The notes: generated by a model not told the origin, from the sequence alone. A stretch of 64,000 nucleotides of DNA from Chiloscyllium plagiosum (GCF_004010195.1 NC_057718.1:52700498-52764497), one strand, 5' to 3'. Shown: positions 27,130 through 41,200, counted from the stretch's first letter. Made by a program: numbers and translations.

Positions 27130-27770
27130 TCAAAGTAGTAAGGTGCTCAGTTCTCGGCAGCTTATTTAAGGAAGAATGTTAAAGCCTGAGAGAAAGTGTG
27201 CAAATGATACTTATGAGAATGATACCAAGAATGAGGGATTTTAGATAGAAAGAAAGATTAGAGAAATTTGGCTTATTGTCGTTGGTGCAGGGAAGTGTAA
27301 AAGGTGACCTCATTGATGTGTTCAAAATGATGAACAATTTAGGCAGGGTAAAGAAGGATATTTTGTTTCCACTCGTTGTATGTTAGTAAATCGGGGTAAC
27401 AACTTCAAAGTTGTTAGCAACAGAGGTAAGAATGAGATAAAGTGAAAACAACAAATGTTGGAGACCATAGTGGGTCAGACAGCATCCATAGAGAGAAAGC
27501 AAGCTAGCATTTCAAGTCTTGGTGAGTTTTCATCAGAGCTTAAGTGGCAAAGTGAAACTTCTTTCTTCAAAATTTGGAATGCGCTGACTAGGAGAATGGT
27601 GGAAACCAATTCAGTAGGAGGTTTCAAAAGAGCTCAATAGGCAAATGAAAGTGGTAAATTCATAGAGCTACAGAAGTAGTGCTGGATAATGGGACGAGCT
27701 GGGTAACTCTTTCAGGAGCTGGTACAGACACAATGTGCTGAGTGGCCTTCTTTGTACTATGCAATCTCCC
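27130..27770 (+). mobile_element. CR1 LINE 3-prime fragment containing an old PLE-terminal insertion (~27449-27548)
   Basis: GDLIDVFKMM motif; insert reads gctctgatgaaaactc..gaaatgctagc on minus and is flanked by duplicated aaagtgaaa. Confidence 0.7.
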
Positions 27771-28612
27771 ACCTATTGCATGATGATCTGTCAACACATA
27801 ATGACACTGTTCTCTGTGATAATGAAGGTGACCACCTTATTTACTTTCATGGCATAGGCCTCTTTCAAACAGCCACTGGATTCTCTGCATACAGCAATAC
27901 TTGTGTGTATTCATCAGGCGATGGGAATTCAAATCTTTGGCATCGTTGGAAATTTCCCATAGGTTAGGACTGTCTATGTTTGTAGATTTATTGCTCAGTG
28001 TATAAGGTTATTCAGTCCAGCTTATTGTATCCATTTAGGGACTTCTTATCATTTAACCTTGCATCATCCAATTGCTTCTTAAATGGTTTCAGGGTTTTTT
28101 TTGTCTTTCATCTGGAATATTTACTGAAGATTAATAACATTGAGAGAAAAATTGTTTCCAATATCATGCCAACAATGACCTACTAGTTTGAAGTATATGA
28201 ATCCAATTCTATTTATATGAATACCTAACAATACTATCAGCCTCTGTATGATTACTCCATGCATGACTCCTATCAAGCTGACATACCTACATTATATTGT
28301 TGTGGTCTGCATGGAGACCAATAATCTAAAAGAATCAAACATTCCAAATGACTCCAACTGTAAAGATTAATGGGCAGTATTTGACTGTTTCAAACCATTT
28401 TTCTACTACTCAAACCTAACTCAACACAAATCAAACACAAACTAACAGGCAAATTGTATTTAATAGAAAATGTAAAACACACATACAATACCTGACAAAC
28501 AAAGATTAGGTCTCACAGATATAAAAAGTCCCTTCAGCATTAAGTCACAGAGGTCTTCAACATTTCAGACCCCCTTCTCCCCAAGTAGAGTTTCAGTTCC
28601 TTTATTCACAAA

Positions 28613-28817
28613 GTTAAAAATCACACAACACCAGGTTATAGTCCAATAGGTTTATTTGGAAGCATTTCCTTGTGGAGCGCTGCTCCTTCGTAAGAGGGTT
28701 GATTAAGGAGCAGCACTCTGAAAGCGAGTGCTTCCAAATAAATCTGTTGGATATAACCTGGTGTCGTGTGATTTTTAACTTTGTACACCCCAGTCCAACA
28801 CTGGCACCTCCAAATCA
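28613..28817. mobile_element. Palindromic mini-element made of two inverted PLE family B termini
   Basis: Arms are reverse complements; 12-bp TSD tttattcacaaa at 28601-28612 and 28818-28829; hammerheads decayed. Confidence 0.88.
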
Positions 28818-30455
28818 TTTATTCACAAATGTGTTAGACAATGAATCCCATCTGACAGTAGCTTTGCTAATCCGAATTCCATAGGAACAATTTCCACCAA
28901 TAGAACACTTCAATCTATCTCTCTGCTCACAGACCAGCATTTTCGGTATTCCTTTGTGCCACAAACTTTCTGTCCAACTGTTCTTGATCACACATAGTTC
29001 TCCATAGCCTGCCTGTGCTATTCTGATCATTGCATCAATTTCTCCCATCTAATCGGCTTCTGTTTCCCCAGCAACTGACTACCTTAAGGTAGTATTTCAG
29101 AATCTCATGTCACAGCCAGGAACCCCAATTTATAGCTCCATTTAGAGATCCAAGAAATTTTAATTTCTCTTTCAGTGAGTGAATGTTTTGTCAAAAAAAT
29201 GCTTCAAAATCTAATGTTATGGCACTCAAGTTGCAAACTGCAATTCATTACAGAATTAGTCTTTAGCTATAATTCAGACCCTTGACACTGGTGTACCACT
29301 TATCGAGCTCTCCACAGTACTGCATTCAGTATTTTAATGCTTCACATTTTTCTTAGTAACCAGAATTGGATGTGGTACTCAAGGTCCAATCTGATGCAGT
29401 GCAATACAGTTTGAGCATTACTTTCTGACTTTTACTGTGCTGTCTTGTTATGTAATTCAATGTTCTATTGGCTCTGTTAATTACTTCACTTGAATGCATG
29501 GCCAGTTAGTCAACAACAATTCCAAGATTGCTTTTAGCATCATTTTAGCCATTTCAACACCATTTAAAGAGTATGCATATCATTGATTTTGTTTTAGTGT
29601 AACTCGACACTCACCTAAATTAAATTTTTTCTACTTTTTCTGCCGAGTTACATATTCTGCTTAACTCATTTGAGCAAGATCAAGCTCTCATCTGACTACA
29701 TTTCCTCTTTTCCCTATTCTGTTGTAACTCCTCTCGTAAGAAGCTATCATATTCTACACATCACTAATATATTATTACTTCACAGAATTTACTGATTTCT
29801 CAAAACTTTATGGACACATGAATTCAACTTTTAAAGGAAATGTTCAATTTTTAGCCTTTCTAAACAAGAGCTAAATGAAAACTGGTCTCAAGAAAAGCAC
29901 CTTTATTCCTCGAATTCTTGAAATTGATCAATGCTTAATGCAAGGGCAGCATTCACTGACCAGCCCTAGTTGGCCTTAGAAGGTCATGGTGAGCCGTGGC
30001 CTTGAACTGCTATACTCCTTCTGGCATAAATACAGCTTCTCTCTGAGAGAGAGAATTCCAGCTTTTTGACCTAGTGACAGTGAAAGAATATTGCTATCGG
30101 TCTAAATCATGAAGGTGTGTAGTTTGGAGGGGTGGTTTACAAATGGTTAGCATGTCTGCTGTCTTGTCCTTTAAGGTGATAGAGATTGCAAGGTTGGAAG
30201 ATGCTATCAAAGAAATCTGGGCATGTTGCTATATCTTGTAGATGTTACACACTCTTGCACTGATGGTGGTGGGAATGAATGTTTAAAGCATGGACAAAGT
30301 GCTGATTAAGTCGCAGCTTTGTCGTAGATAGTGTCAATCCTCATAAGCGTTAATTGTGCTGCATTCATTCAGTTCAGAGGAAACTTTCGTCAATCCTGAT
30401 CTGTACCATATAAATAATAGGCAGGCTTTGGAGAATCAGATGGTGAGTTAAATTA

Positions 30456-30710
30456 CATTAGATTCCCTACAGTGCGGAAACAGGCCCTTTGGCCCAACAA
30501 GTCCACACCAACCCTCTGAAGATTAACCCACCCAGACTCATTGCCCTACTCCCTCTTAATGCACCTATCACCGTGGGCAATTTAGCATGGGCAATTCACC
30601 TGACCTGCACATCTTTGGATTGTGGGAGGAAACCTACACAGACACAGGGAGAATGTGCAAACCTAGGTCCCTGGTGCTGTGAGGCAGCAGCGCAAACCAC
30701 TGAGCCACCA
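30456..30710 (-). mobile_element. HE1-type SINE
   Basis: Reverse-complement tail gattccctacagtgcggaaacaggcc and head cactgagccacc. Confidence 0.88.
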
Positions 30711-31289
30711 TTCCATCTACTAATTGCAACAGAATTTCCAGTTTCCAATCTGTTTATGCAACCCTAATACTAACATGGCTGGGCTAGTAAAGATGCTGGA
30801 TAAAGATAACTCTCCAGGATGTTACTGGTGGGAGTTCCAGTGATGGCAAGTGGAGACTGTTAAATTTGCTGTAGTAGATGACAGCATAGGTCATTGTCTG
30901 CCTCGTGTGACATGCATGTTATTTGTTTTATGATCTTCATGGAGTTCCATAAACCAAAATTACTTAACTTTCCTCAAAAAAAAACATTTTCGAACTTTGT
31001 TTCGACACACATTAGAGTCAATGTAAATCTTTTAAAGATGAGCATTTTACATCATCTATGAATTACATGTAGGATAGCAGATTCAATAGTTCACACAGAC
31101 TAGGGTTTCTTATTATCCAAATATTAGAATCGATCTTTTTTACAAGTGATGAACTCTTAAAGGACTTATTAAAATTTGAAATGACTATTAAAAGGTTCCA
31201 GAAACATTTAAATAACTACAAACTTTCCTTAATGTTACTGCTTCTGGTTCAAGATCATCACATTTACTACTTAGCTGCCTAAACATGAG

Positions 31290-32850
31290 TTTTATCCAGG
31301 TCTCATGCGTACAGCATCTGAGAAGGTTAGAATAACATTGAACACTGTGTAATTGTCAGTAAACATTCACATTTATAACATTATGATGGAGGGAAGGTCA
31401 TTGATGAAGCAGATTGAAGATGTTTTGGTCAGGGGCACTACCCAGTATAACTCCTGCTGAGATGGTCCTCCAAAAACTGCAACCATAATCTAGGTATGAT
31501 TCCAAACATTGAAGAGGTTTCTAGTTTCTCACTAATTTCAATTTTGCTTCGGTTTCTTATGTCAGGGCAGTTATCTTGCCTTCAATTCAGAAATTTATTC
31601 ATTTTGCTCAAATTTGATTGTAAGCTGTAATGAGGTCTGGACCTGACTGGTCCTGGCAGAGTGTAATCTGACCATTTGTGGACAAGTTATTGCTGAGTAA
31701 GTGCAGCTTGATTGCACAATCAGCAACATCCTCCGATACTTTGTTAATGATTGAGTTCAGAGAACTGTGAAGATGATTAGCTGGATTCATTTGGGCCTGT
31801 TTTTGTGGATTGATGGACTAGTTTTTCACATTATCGGATAAATGTCATTGTACAACTGTACTGGAACTGCCTGGCTATGGGCATGGCCACACTTGTGCAC
31901 AAGTTCATTGAGTACTGCTGTTTGCATGTCATCAGGACCAATGGCCTTGCTGTATTTCATATCCTCAGATGTTTCTTAGTATCTTGCGGAGTGAATTGAA
32001 TTGGCTGAAGACTGGCATCTGTAATGCTGGGATTCTCGAGAGGAGGCCCACACTGAACAACCTTTTGTCACTTGAGGCTAAAGGGGGTTATAAATGCCTC
32101 AGTCTTGTCTTTTGCACTGAGCTCATTATTAATGATGGATGCCTTCAATGTGGATGAGGAAGTTCGTGAAGACTTCTCATCCACCTCATTATTTACTTAT
32201 CCAGCACGGTTCATAATTGGAAGTGGCAGTACTATAGTGTTTTGATCTGCCCTGTTAGCTATGGAATCTCTCGGTCTACAGACTGCGCCTTCTGCTGACT
32301 CGCATTCATGTTGTCATATATTGTGGCTACACTTCATTTCTTGTCTCATTTATAGGTTTGCCTATTCATTACCTCATCATCTATTCTTCTCATTGAGCCA
32401 GGATTCCTCTGGCCTGATGGTAATAGTAAAGTGAAACTTGTCCTAAGCCATGAAGTTACAGATTGTAGCTGATTGCAATTTCTTCACTGCTAATGGCCCA
32501 TAATGCTTCATGCCTGCCCAATTTTTAGTTGCCAGATCAGTTCCAATTCAACCTCATTCAGCACATGGGTTTCACAAATTGGCATAATATTTACTCATTG
32601 AAGACTTTGGAATTTATCTCCAATCTGAGAATGCGGTGGTGACTCTTACCACTCTGATGTGAACAGGTGCATCTGCAGCAGGTTGATTTATGATATCAAG
32701 ATCAAAATTTAATATATCCATCTTCCCAGAAGGCCAGTCTGGTAGTAATTTTGCTTCAGAATTCAGTCAGCTTTGTCAGTAAGTGTGCCATTGTTAGTGA
32801 TGGACATTGAAATTCACCAGTGTATTTCAATGCTACTATCACTGCTTCTA
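31290..32850 (-). mobile_element. CR1/L2-group LINE fragment
   Basis: Reverse complement of the 6320-8990 family. Confidence 0.6.
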
Positions 32851-33389
32851 ACAAGGGCACCATGTCGTTTACCATTCAGAAGCAAGCAATATACCAAGCA
32901 TACCCCTAATCAATACATAATTCACATGTTGATTTCAAACCCAGTATCTGTAAAAAAGAAAATTAAATGCAATTTTTTGAATTGCTACTGGATTTCATTA
33001 TTTGAACTTCAAGAGTACAGTCAGTAAATTGGTTAAACACCCATCGAGCATTGGGAGTGGTATTCAGAAAAACATCAAGAGTTTCAACATTATGTCCTCA
33101 TCACAACTTGTATTTTTCAAGGAAGCTTCATAGCCTTTCTTTGTTCTACATTTCTGTGTGCTACAAAATGTCTATGCTCACCCAAAAACTGTCTTATGCT
33201 TAATCACCGGACCCAAAATGGCAACTCTGCTTTCTCTCCACAGATGCTGCCAGACTGACTGAGGTTCACCAGCAATTTTTGATTTTACTTCTGATTTCCA
33301 GCATCCACAGTTCTTTTGGTTTTTTTTATTCAGTTGGACAAAGATGATGAATGTGGTGAGTTTCCACATTAGAAGGCTGAGTACTGTTA

Positions 33390-34030
33390 GATTATTGGGC
33401 TAGCGTAAGGTAATAGGGACACATAGGTTCTGGGGTAGCAATTAGTGTCCAGGGTGGGTCCAGTGCTGAATGTGTCCAGTGCAATCTGCTTTGCCAGCTA
33501 TGCATTTCCCTTCTCTGGAGGAAAATTACTACCACAAAATAGCTGGACCAGCACAAGGTGGGAGGAGTAAGTGTCAGTTTGATGGCCAAAAGCATGATGA
33601 TGTACATTTCTAGGACATTTACATCATAGTGAACAAAGCATGAACATGCCATTTGCAATGTGCAGGACATCGAATTTGCAATTACTGCATTGTCAATTTC
33701 ATATGCGTTCCGTTTGAGATGTTGAGGTGTCAGATACTGGTCAAAGATTATTAAATGCAAACCATTGGTGCTTGCAAATTGAATCATGTCAAAAATGTTG
33801 AAGTTAGAAGCAGTAATGATATGAAAGGACACTGTTGGATGAAGGAAATCCATAGTTCGTACAACTTTCAAGGGTCACGTGCGAGGAATGCAAGTTTGAG
33901 TGTTCGTCTGCAATACAAGGGTCACAGTGTCTGTGCTTGAAGGCAGTGAGAAGCTCAGCAATTGATGTGGGTGGAGAGGTGGTATTGCACGTGAAACAGT
34001 CCTTACTCGCTGATATATGGTGGTCCTTCA
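33390..34030 (-). mobile_element. Decayed RTE-like LINE fragment
   Basis: FDQYLTPQHLKRNAYEIDNAVIANS loosely resembles RTE F.YLGS....IDxEI..RI. Confidence 0.35.
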
Positions 34031-34997
34031 GCCGACACAGCTAAAAGCTAAAACAAAAGGTCCAGAATCTTTCATCAGAAAGCTTAATGTACTACACCGT
34101 GAACTTTATTTATTCATAAACCTTTCAAATGTAAATAATAACCCATTCTTTTTGGAAGCTGTCTATTTGAAACTATTTTAAAAGAAATCACCGTGGCTCT
34201 AGAAAGACTTGCAATGTAATCATTAAACTCATTCAGATGCATTGAAAAATCATGTCATTAGTTCAAATTCAAAAATCCAAATGAAAAATACATGTCGATA
34301 AAGTGCATAAAAATGAAAAACCTTACATCACACATGGCATTCAAGATACCCTGTGTAGGTCATTCAGCCCTCATGCCAGCTCTGCCATTCAATAAGACAT
34401 TCCTCACGTCCACTTTCCTGCCCTTTCTCTGTAATCCTTGATTCTCCTATTGGTGAAGGCTCTTGTATCTCAGCCTTAAATATACACAAGGACTCTGCCC
34501 TTCAGCTCTTAGTAGCAAGGATTTCCAGAGATTGACAACCCTTTGAGAGATTAGCTTTTCTGAATAACATCTGACAGAGAGAAGAGGTTTCTGATACAGG
34601 GACTTGGATAGAATCTTGCTATTGATGTTCCTGTCAATGATTGATGTAGCATTCTGGAGAGTTTCTCGTGGGATTCCATGCTGAGGAGGAAATAAGTCTT
34701 GTTGATTTGCTCTTTTTGGTCCATGATGACTGTGCCTTTACAATGCTGAGATTGGCTGAAGAGAGCAGGCTTAAAGAATTTAAGAAAATTACAAGTTTAA
34801 AAAATGATGGGGCTCAATGTCAGGTGGCAACTCTCTTGGGAAATTGTTTATTCAAATAAAAACATAGAATGCAGAAGAAGCAGTAGCCTATTTGGTCCTT
34901 TGTGTCTGCTCCACCATTCAATATAATCATGACTGATGTATAGTTCATGTTTTTCTTGTGTCATAAATAGATTAGAATATTTATTAATCAAGGAAAG

Positions 34998-35220
34998 GGC
35001 AATCGGTTTAGCTCGGTTGGCTGGTTTGTTGGTTTACAGAACAGTGTGATGCCAACAGCATGGATTCAATTCCCATCATTGGTTTGAGGTTACCATGAAG
35101 AACTCTCCTTCTCCACCTCTTCCTTCACCTGAGGTCTGGTGGACCTCAGGTTAAATCACCACCAGTTGATTCTCTCTAATGAGTGCAGCCGCTACGGTCT
35201 GGTAAGACAATGGTGACACA
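34998..35220 (+). mobile_element. tRNA-head SINE of a second family (also ~37565-37895 and ~54225-54400)
   Basis: tagctcggttgg A-box, ggattcaattccc B-box, shared body cacctgagg..ctcaggttaaatcaccaccagt..tctctaatgag. Confidence 0.75.
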
Positions 35221-36179
35221 ACAGCAATCAAATTGACAAAAATGGTGGAAAGACTTATTACAGACACCAGAAAAGGATTTAAACATACACTACTCAACTT
35301 ATCCTAGTAACACCCTTTGAAACACAAAACTCCAGTGACAATGTACACCATCTTCACACCAAGACATCTTCTGTAGGCTGACAGCTCTAATTAGCTCCCT
35401 TCCAGCAAATTTCTGTGCATTTATTTGATGCCTTTTTTTCTTCGGCTGATAACTTTTCTCAAGACATCGAAAGTAAATTGCATTTTAAACTCATTATTGC
35501 TTTATCTTAAAAACAAACATAGAAGCTTCCTCAACTCAGTTTACAGCAGTCTTTCTTGGGAGCACACCCACTGACGGTCCAACTGACATTAAGATTGTTT
35601 CTGTCTCTATGTGTATCCCTGGACATCTGTTGCTATACATGCTTTTTTTTTAATGTACTAAATTACCCCTTCTTTTTTTACTTCAAAAGTTGTAAAACCT
35701 CTTTAAAGTGAATATCAACAGACATGTCGTCAGACCTCTCATGCTAATCAGACAAAAGCAACTCTTAAATGGAATGCAATGATTTCCCCCCTTCTTAACA
35801 TGCTAAATGCAAAATATAACTTGCTCTTAATAGATTTTAATTATTCAGATTGTCCCATCTCAGTTCAAGAGGCAGCCTATTCAGCACTCACCTCATCACT
35901 AGGCAACTTTACCATGACTACATTGGAGAGCCGTCCTAACCTGCTTCCCTGGCATTTCATCAACCCAGCAACTGCCCCACACTGTCATAGGAGAACTGAT
36001 AAAATTATAGGCATTGTTCTTTTTCAACCACTTTATACTGACAGAATAAATTATCAGCTGTACTGTGTTTGTCATGAAATCATTGAGCACTTTAAGTTAA
36101 CAAAAAAACATTTATATACTTTTCTTGAGTAAATCATCATCATTTATTATATCTTTGATCTGTTCTCAACATTGAAGGT

Positions 36180-37190
36180 AAGTATGGTTTGATTAGACAA
36201 AATGGAAGTCAGCCAAGTAAAACTAGAAAAGTACATTCTAGAGTTGCTCGGAGAGCAGGTTATTGTAGACGAGGAATTTTGCAATGACATTGGATTAATT
36301 AATAATCTCCAAGTGAAGGCAGCTCTAAGTAGCAGCAACTAAGATTGCATTTTACATGCAGTTTGAGGGAACAACGAATGGGTCTAAGACTAAGTTTTAA
36401 GAAATAAAAGCAAGTAAGAGGGCATGGGCAGAAGCTAGAACACAGCAAAGAATGACCAGAGAAGTAAATTGTTGGAGTTGTGAATTGACTCGTGCCTGGG
36501 TCCTGATAGACTTCATCCGAGAGTCTTAAAAGAAGTAGCAATTGAGATACTTGAAATCATGGTTTTAATTTTCCAAAATTCCCTTGATCTGGGGATAGTC
36601 TATTAGATTGGAAGATCGTGAATATAACTTCTTTATTCAAAGGGATGGAGACAAAAGATAGGAAACTACATGCCAGTTAGCTTAACATCTGTCCAAGGAA
36701 AAAAGACGCTTTTGGAATTTGCCTATTGGAGAAAATATAAACAATTATAGGATTGATATGAAAACTAAAAGGTTGCAAGAAAGAATGAACAGAAGGGGTC
36801 TCAGAGAAGAATGAAGGTGACCTAATAGACCTAATTTATAAATTAATGTTTGTGTATTTGTAAAGGTAGGTTTATAAACAACGTTTCCATTACGGGGAAT
36901 CCCAGCTCGGGTTGATAAATGTAAGATAGTCTCTAATAAATTAAATGAGAAATTCAGGAAAATTTTATTGACACAGAGAGAGATTAAATCATGAAAGTTG
37001 CTGCCATACGGAGGAGTTGAGGTAAATAGCATTGATGCATTTAAGGAGATGCTAGGCAAGTCCATGAGGTAAAAAGGAATAGAAGGATATGTTGATGGAG
37101 TAAGATGAACTAGTTTGAAAGGAGTTTTACATGAAGCATAAATTCCACAGGTCAGCTGGGCAGAATGACCTGTATTTATGTTGGTATTTC
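36180..37190 (+). mobile_element. CR1 LINE fragments
   Basis: LDWKIVNITSLFK..GNYMPVSLTS remnant and CR1 3-prime end. Confidence 0.75.
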
Positions 37191-39439
37191 AATGTATTTA
37201 TATGTAATAATGATGACTAATGCTTTCATTGCACAAATTATTTATTTCTAAGTTTGATTGTGATTGCTGAACTAAATATAGAAGATAAGAGTTTTTGTTA
37301 TTTATGAGGAAGTTGCACTATGTTTGGCAACATCCATGAAAGTGAGGCTATAAAATCATATATGTCAAAGTAATTTGATATCAACTGCATTCATGGATAT
37401 TTGAAATATTTGTAAAGTACTTACTAGATTTGCTATACTTGCATTCCTGATGCTGATTTGTAAAGATTTAATGAATGTATTCAGTCTTCATTAAACCTTA
37501 CTACAAAATGGCATTTTGTAAACATTTTCTGCACCGATTATCTTACATTTCTATTTTAACTCAGGTGGTGGTTGGGCTTGGGGATCAGTCGACTGGATGG
37601 CTGGTTTACAATCCTTCTATTCCTTTTTACCTCATGGACTTGCCTAGCATTTCCTTAAATGCATCAATGTTATTTGCCTCAACTTCTCTATATGGCAGCA
37701 ACTTCATGTTTTACGATGCAGAATGATGTCAACAGCATGGGTTTAATTCCTATATTAGCTGAGGTCATCATGAAGGCTCTACCTTCTCAATATTGACCCG
37801 CACCTGAGGCATGATGACTTTCAAATAAGACTTTGGACCTGTCATCTCTGTCTAATGAGAGAGCAGCTGATTAATCTAAGGGACTATGACCATGTGACCA
37901 TCACGTTTGTCTGAACCACTAGTATTCTATCATATTGGCTAGGCGCTGGAAATGTCCTTCCATAAATAGGTCAGAGTATTCAAATATGATGTCCATCAGC
38001 TATGACTAAATAGCGGCGTGTACTTGATGGGCTGATTGGCCTTATTTCCATTCCTATGTCTTACGGTCTTATGGGCTAAGATATTAATACTGAAATTATA
38101 CATTTTTATAAATGTTTCACTCTGTTACTACTTGAACAATGTTGGACACTTCTTTTATTAATACTTGGGAGATGGGTTTTGCTTGCATGACAAATATTTA
38201 TTGCCTATTTGTACAAGTGTCGCAGCAAAATTTATTAGATTCCAATCTTGCTAGAGCTGTGGAGGAGATTTAAAATTGAAACCTCCCCGATTTGAATTTA
38301 TGCTGGAAAACAGGGAAATGACAGCCAATCCCTTTTATCTACGGCAGTCACTAGAACCCTGCAGCAGAATCAATATTATATCCCAGTCTCCTTGTGGGAG
38401 GCTGTCTGATATAGATCAAAGCACTAATGGTTTCCTGCCAAACAAATTTATGTAAGATTGATCTTGGGAAAATTGCCCAGGCTCATGTGGGATACTTGGG
38501 TGAGTGGAAGTTCCATTCTGTGACACTTTGACTGCATTGCTGCCAAAATGGAAAATCTCACCTGTTGCCCATGATGAAAATATGAAGTGCTTTGTAGTTT
38601 TAGATACCCTGATAAGGTATACTGTTGCTTTTGATGTCTTGAGCTTTATCAGGAATCATCAGTAAAATATAGAGATTGTATTTCCTTACAAGCACAGTGT
38701 CTTCTAAAAGTTTACATTCATCAATGTAAGGAAAATTAATATAAGTCAGTAGATTGGAAAGCACTTTCACTTCTCACCTACGCTTCAGCAAGAAGAAGAC
38801 CATGTGCAGAATACAGCTATATTTCAAACAATAGATCAATTATTATTGCTGAAAATATGATAATCTTACCCAAGTACTTCTAAACATCTAGAATATGATC
38901 AAACTTACATTCTGGTTATTTTCGGTTTTATTGACTACATTATGGCTTTTGGTTGCTCCAGTCTTTTTGTTGACTTTTCTTGGCTTAAAATGATAGCAGC
39001 AACCTGAATATCAATGTTGTTGGTGAGCAATTGCTGTGGAGGAAAACAATTATGGCCAGCAATACTGAGAGTGAAGTACAATACTCAATCACTGACATTA
39101 TTCACCTAGGATGACATTGCCTGAAGAAATTTGAGTTTGGATGCTGATGCTGAAGATATCCAATAGGTAAACCTAATTGAAACATGCAGTTAAGAATGGA
39201 AAACATCTTATGTTGTCATTATAATATAGAGTTTGACAATTCATCTCACTCAAATTGAATAGCCATTACTTCAAAGGCTGAATTTGGAGTTTTTATTTAA
39301 GTAGAGATGCTGCTTTTATTTACATATTCCATGATTTCTGCAGACTATGGATAGTGATTTGGAATTTTTAGTTCAACATAAATGTGTCAAAGCAGAATCT
39401 TTTGCCACCCACATATCAGGCTTGAGGTGCCAAAACAGA

Positions 39440-39735
39440 TGCTGGGTGCACTGGTTTCCTCCCATGTTCTGAAGATGTGCAGGTTAAGTAGATTAGCCAA
39501 GCTAAATACCCATCGTATCCAGGGATATGCAGGCTAGATAGACTAGCTGTGGGAAATGCTGGGTTACGGGATAGGGGATAGGGGATAGGGGATAGGGGAT
39601 AGGGGGTAGGGGATAGGGGATAGGGGATAGGGGATAAGGGATAGGGGATAGGGGATAGGGGATGGGGATAGGTAGAGGGTAGGGGTAGGGGCTGGCACTG
39701 GGGCTGGGTGAGATGTTCTTTGGAGAGGCAGAACC
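39440..39735 (+). mobile_element. HE1-type SINE with internal tandem expansion
   Basis: V-domain ggtttcctccca..aagatgtgcaggtta followed by a (GGGGATA)n run. Confidence 0.8.
39568..39691 (+). repeat. (GGGGATA)n heptamer tandem repeat
   Basis: More than a dozen near-perfect units, degenerating into GGGTA. Confidence 0.95.
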
Positions 39736-40901
39736 TCAAGAGGGAGAACTAGAAGCTACTGCCCTGACCCAAGCTAAACTACCTTCTAAACACAGAACAG
39801 GGTCCTCCACAAACAAAAACTAACAACAGTCTTTTTCTTACTGTTTAATTGTTTTGCTCCCATCAGAACCACACCCAGGACAATTTCTCAGATAAAAGCA
39901 AATTACTGACAATGTTCAAGATCTCAAATAACAAACAGAAAGTGAAGTAACAGATTGAAGAAACTCAGGAGATCTGGCAGCAACTGTGGAGAGAGACCTT
40001 TCATTTTACTTCTAGGCATACTTCATTTTCTCTAATCCCAGGAACTTTGGTAGCAACTTGGCAGAGCAATCTAAGCAAATTCAGGAAAGGTCTGCCTATT
40101 ATGTAAATTGGAATTGAGATTATACTGCTGAGCCCTGGCATACAATTGCACGTTGGATCGATTGTACCAGCCAGAACTAATTAATGGAGATGCACTTCTG
40201 GAGGTGAGATTTAGTAATGAGGCAGTGAGAAGGCAGTGCTGTCCTTCAGACAACATCTATTTAACATTGCCGATGGCATTTAACATCAGTCTTCAATTCA
40301 TTTGACTCTTTCCTTGCTCCTACCGAGAAAATGTGCCGTACCAGCTTATTTATTGACCACAGTTATAACAAGGAGATCAGAAAATCAGTAGGGCCAATGA
40401 TTTTAGCCTTTTATCTGTTGCTGAATCACAGAAGGAAAGCAGAGGTGTACAGCACTGTAAGCATTTACAGGTGCATTTCCACATGCATAAGGATTATGAT
40501 GCATATTTCCACAGTCTATAATGAACAAGAAGGAAAATTTCAACCTTTGGAACTTAAAGGAAGAGCAAAGTTGTGGTTAAATTGCTAGATCACTAATTCT
40601 AATTCCACATGCATGTAAAGTTAAATTCAGCAAATTTATGAACTAGTTTATTAATTATTTTTTGTGATTGACAGGTACCTTCCATCCTTAACTACTAGTA
40701 TGATTACAACTCCACAATATAATGTTGACTTTTATGCTTCTGGAGTGACATAGCAAACCATTCAGTTGTTAAACCACTGCTGAAATGGTAAGACAGGAAA
40801 ACTATAAATGCAATAATTGCAGGTGTTATCAATCTCCTGGAACAAATATATAAAGTACGTGATCACTGACACAATCAGGTAAACTGAATACTGTTTCTCC
40901 A

Positions 40902-41200
40902 AAGTTAAAAATCGCACAACACCAGGTTATAGTCCAACAGGTTTATTTGGAAGCACTAGCTTTCAGAGCGCTGCTCCTTCATCACGTGGTTGTGGAATAT
41001 ATAGGACATAGAATTTATAACAATAACAAGACTTTTGCTATAAATTCTGTGTCTTACAGACTTACACTCCACAACCACCTGATGAAGGAGCAGGGCTCCG
41101 AAAACTAGTGCTTCCAATTAAACCTGTTGGACTATAACCTGGTGTTGTGTGATTTTAAACTATGTTACACCCCAGTCCAACACCGACATCTCCAAATCAA
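40902..41200. mobile_element. Palindromic mini-element of two inverted PLE family B termini, each with a hammerhead motif (40954-40988 minus; 41076-41110 plus)
   Basis: 10-bp TSD tgtttctcca at 40892-40901 and 41201-41210; plus motif CAC-CTGATGA-A-GGAGC(AGG)GCTCC-GAAAA-CTA-GTG. Confidence 0.9.

Noticed and set aside
33392..33871. 159-aa minus-strand ORF as a host gene
   Set aside because: Better explained as decayed LINE; no recognisable host protein
34550..34770. ~70-codon open frame on the minus strand
   Set aside because: No convincing gene structure; faint resemblance to a decayed PLE endonuclease tail but too weak to call
39416..39739. ORF with PYPLSPI repeats; telomere-like look of the array
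   Set aside because: Translation of (GGGGATA)n; the unit is not TTAGGG and it lies within a SINE
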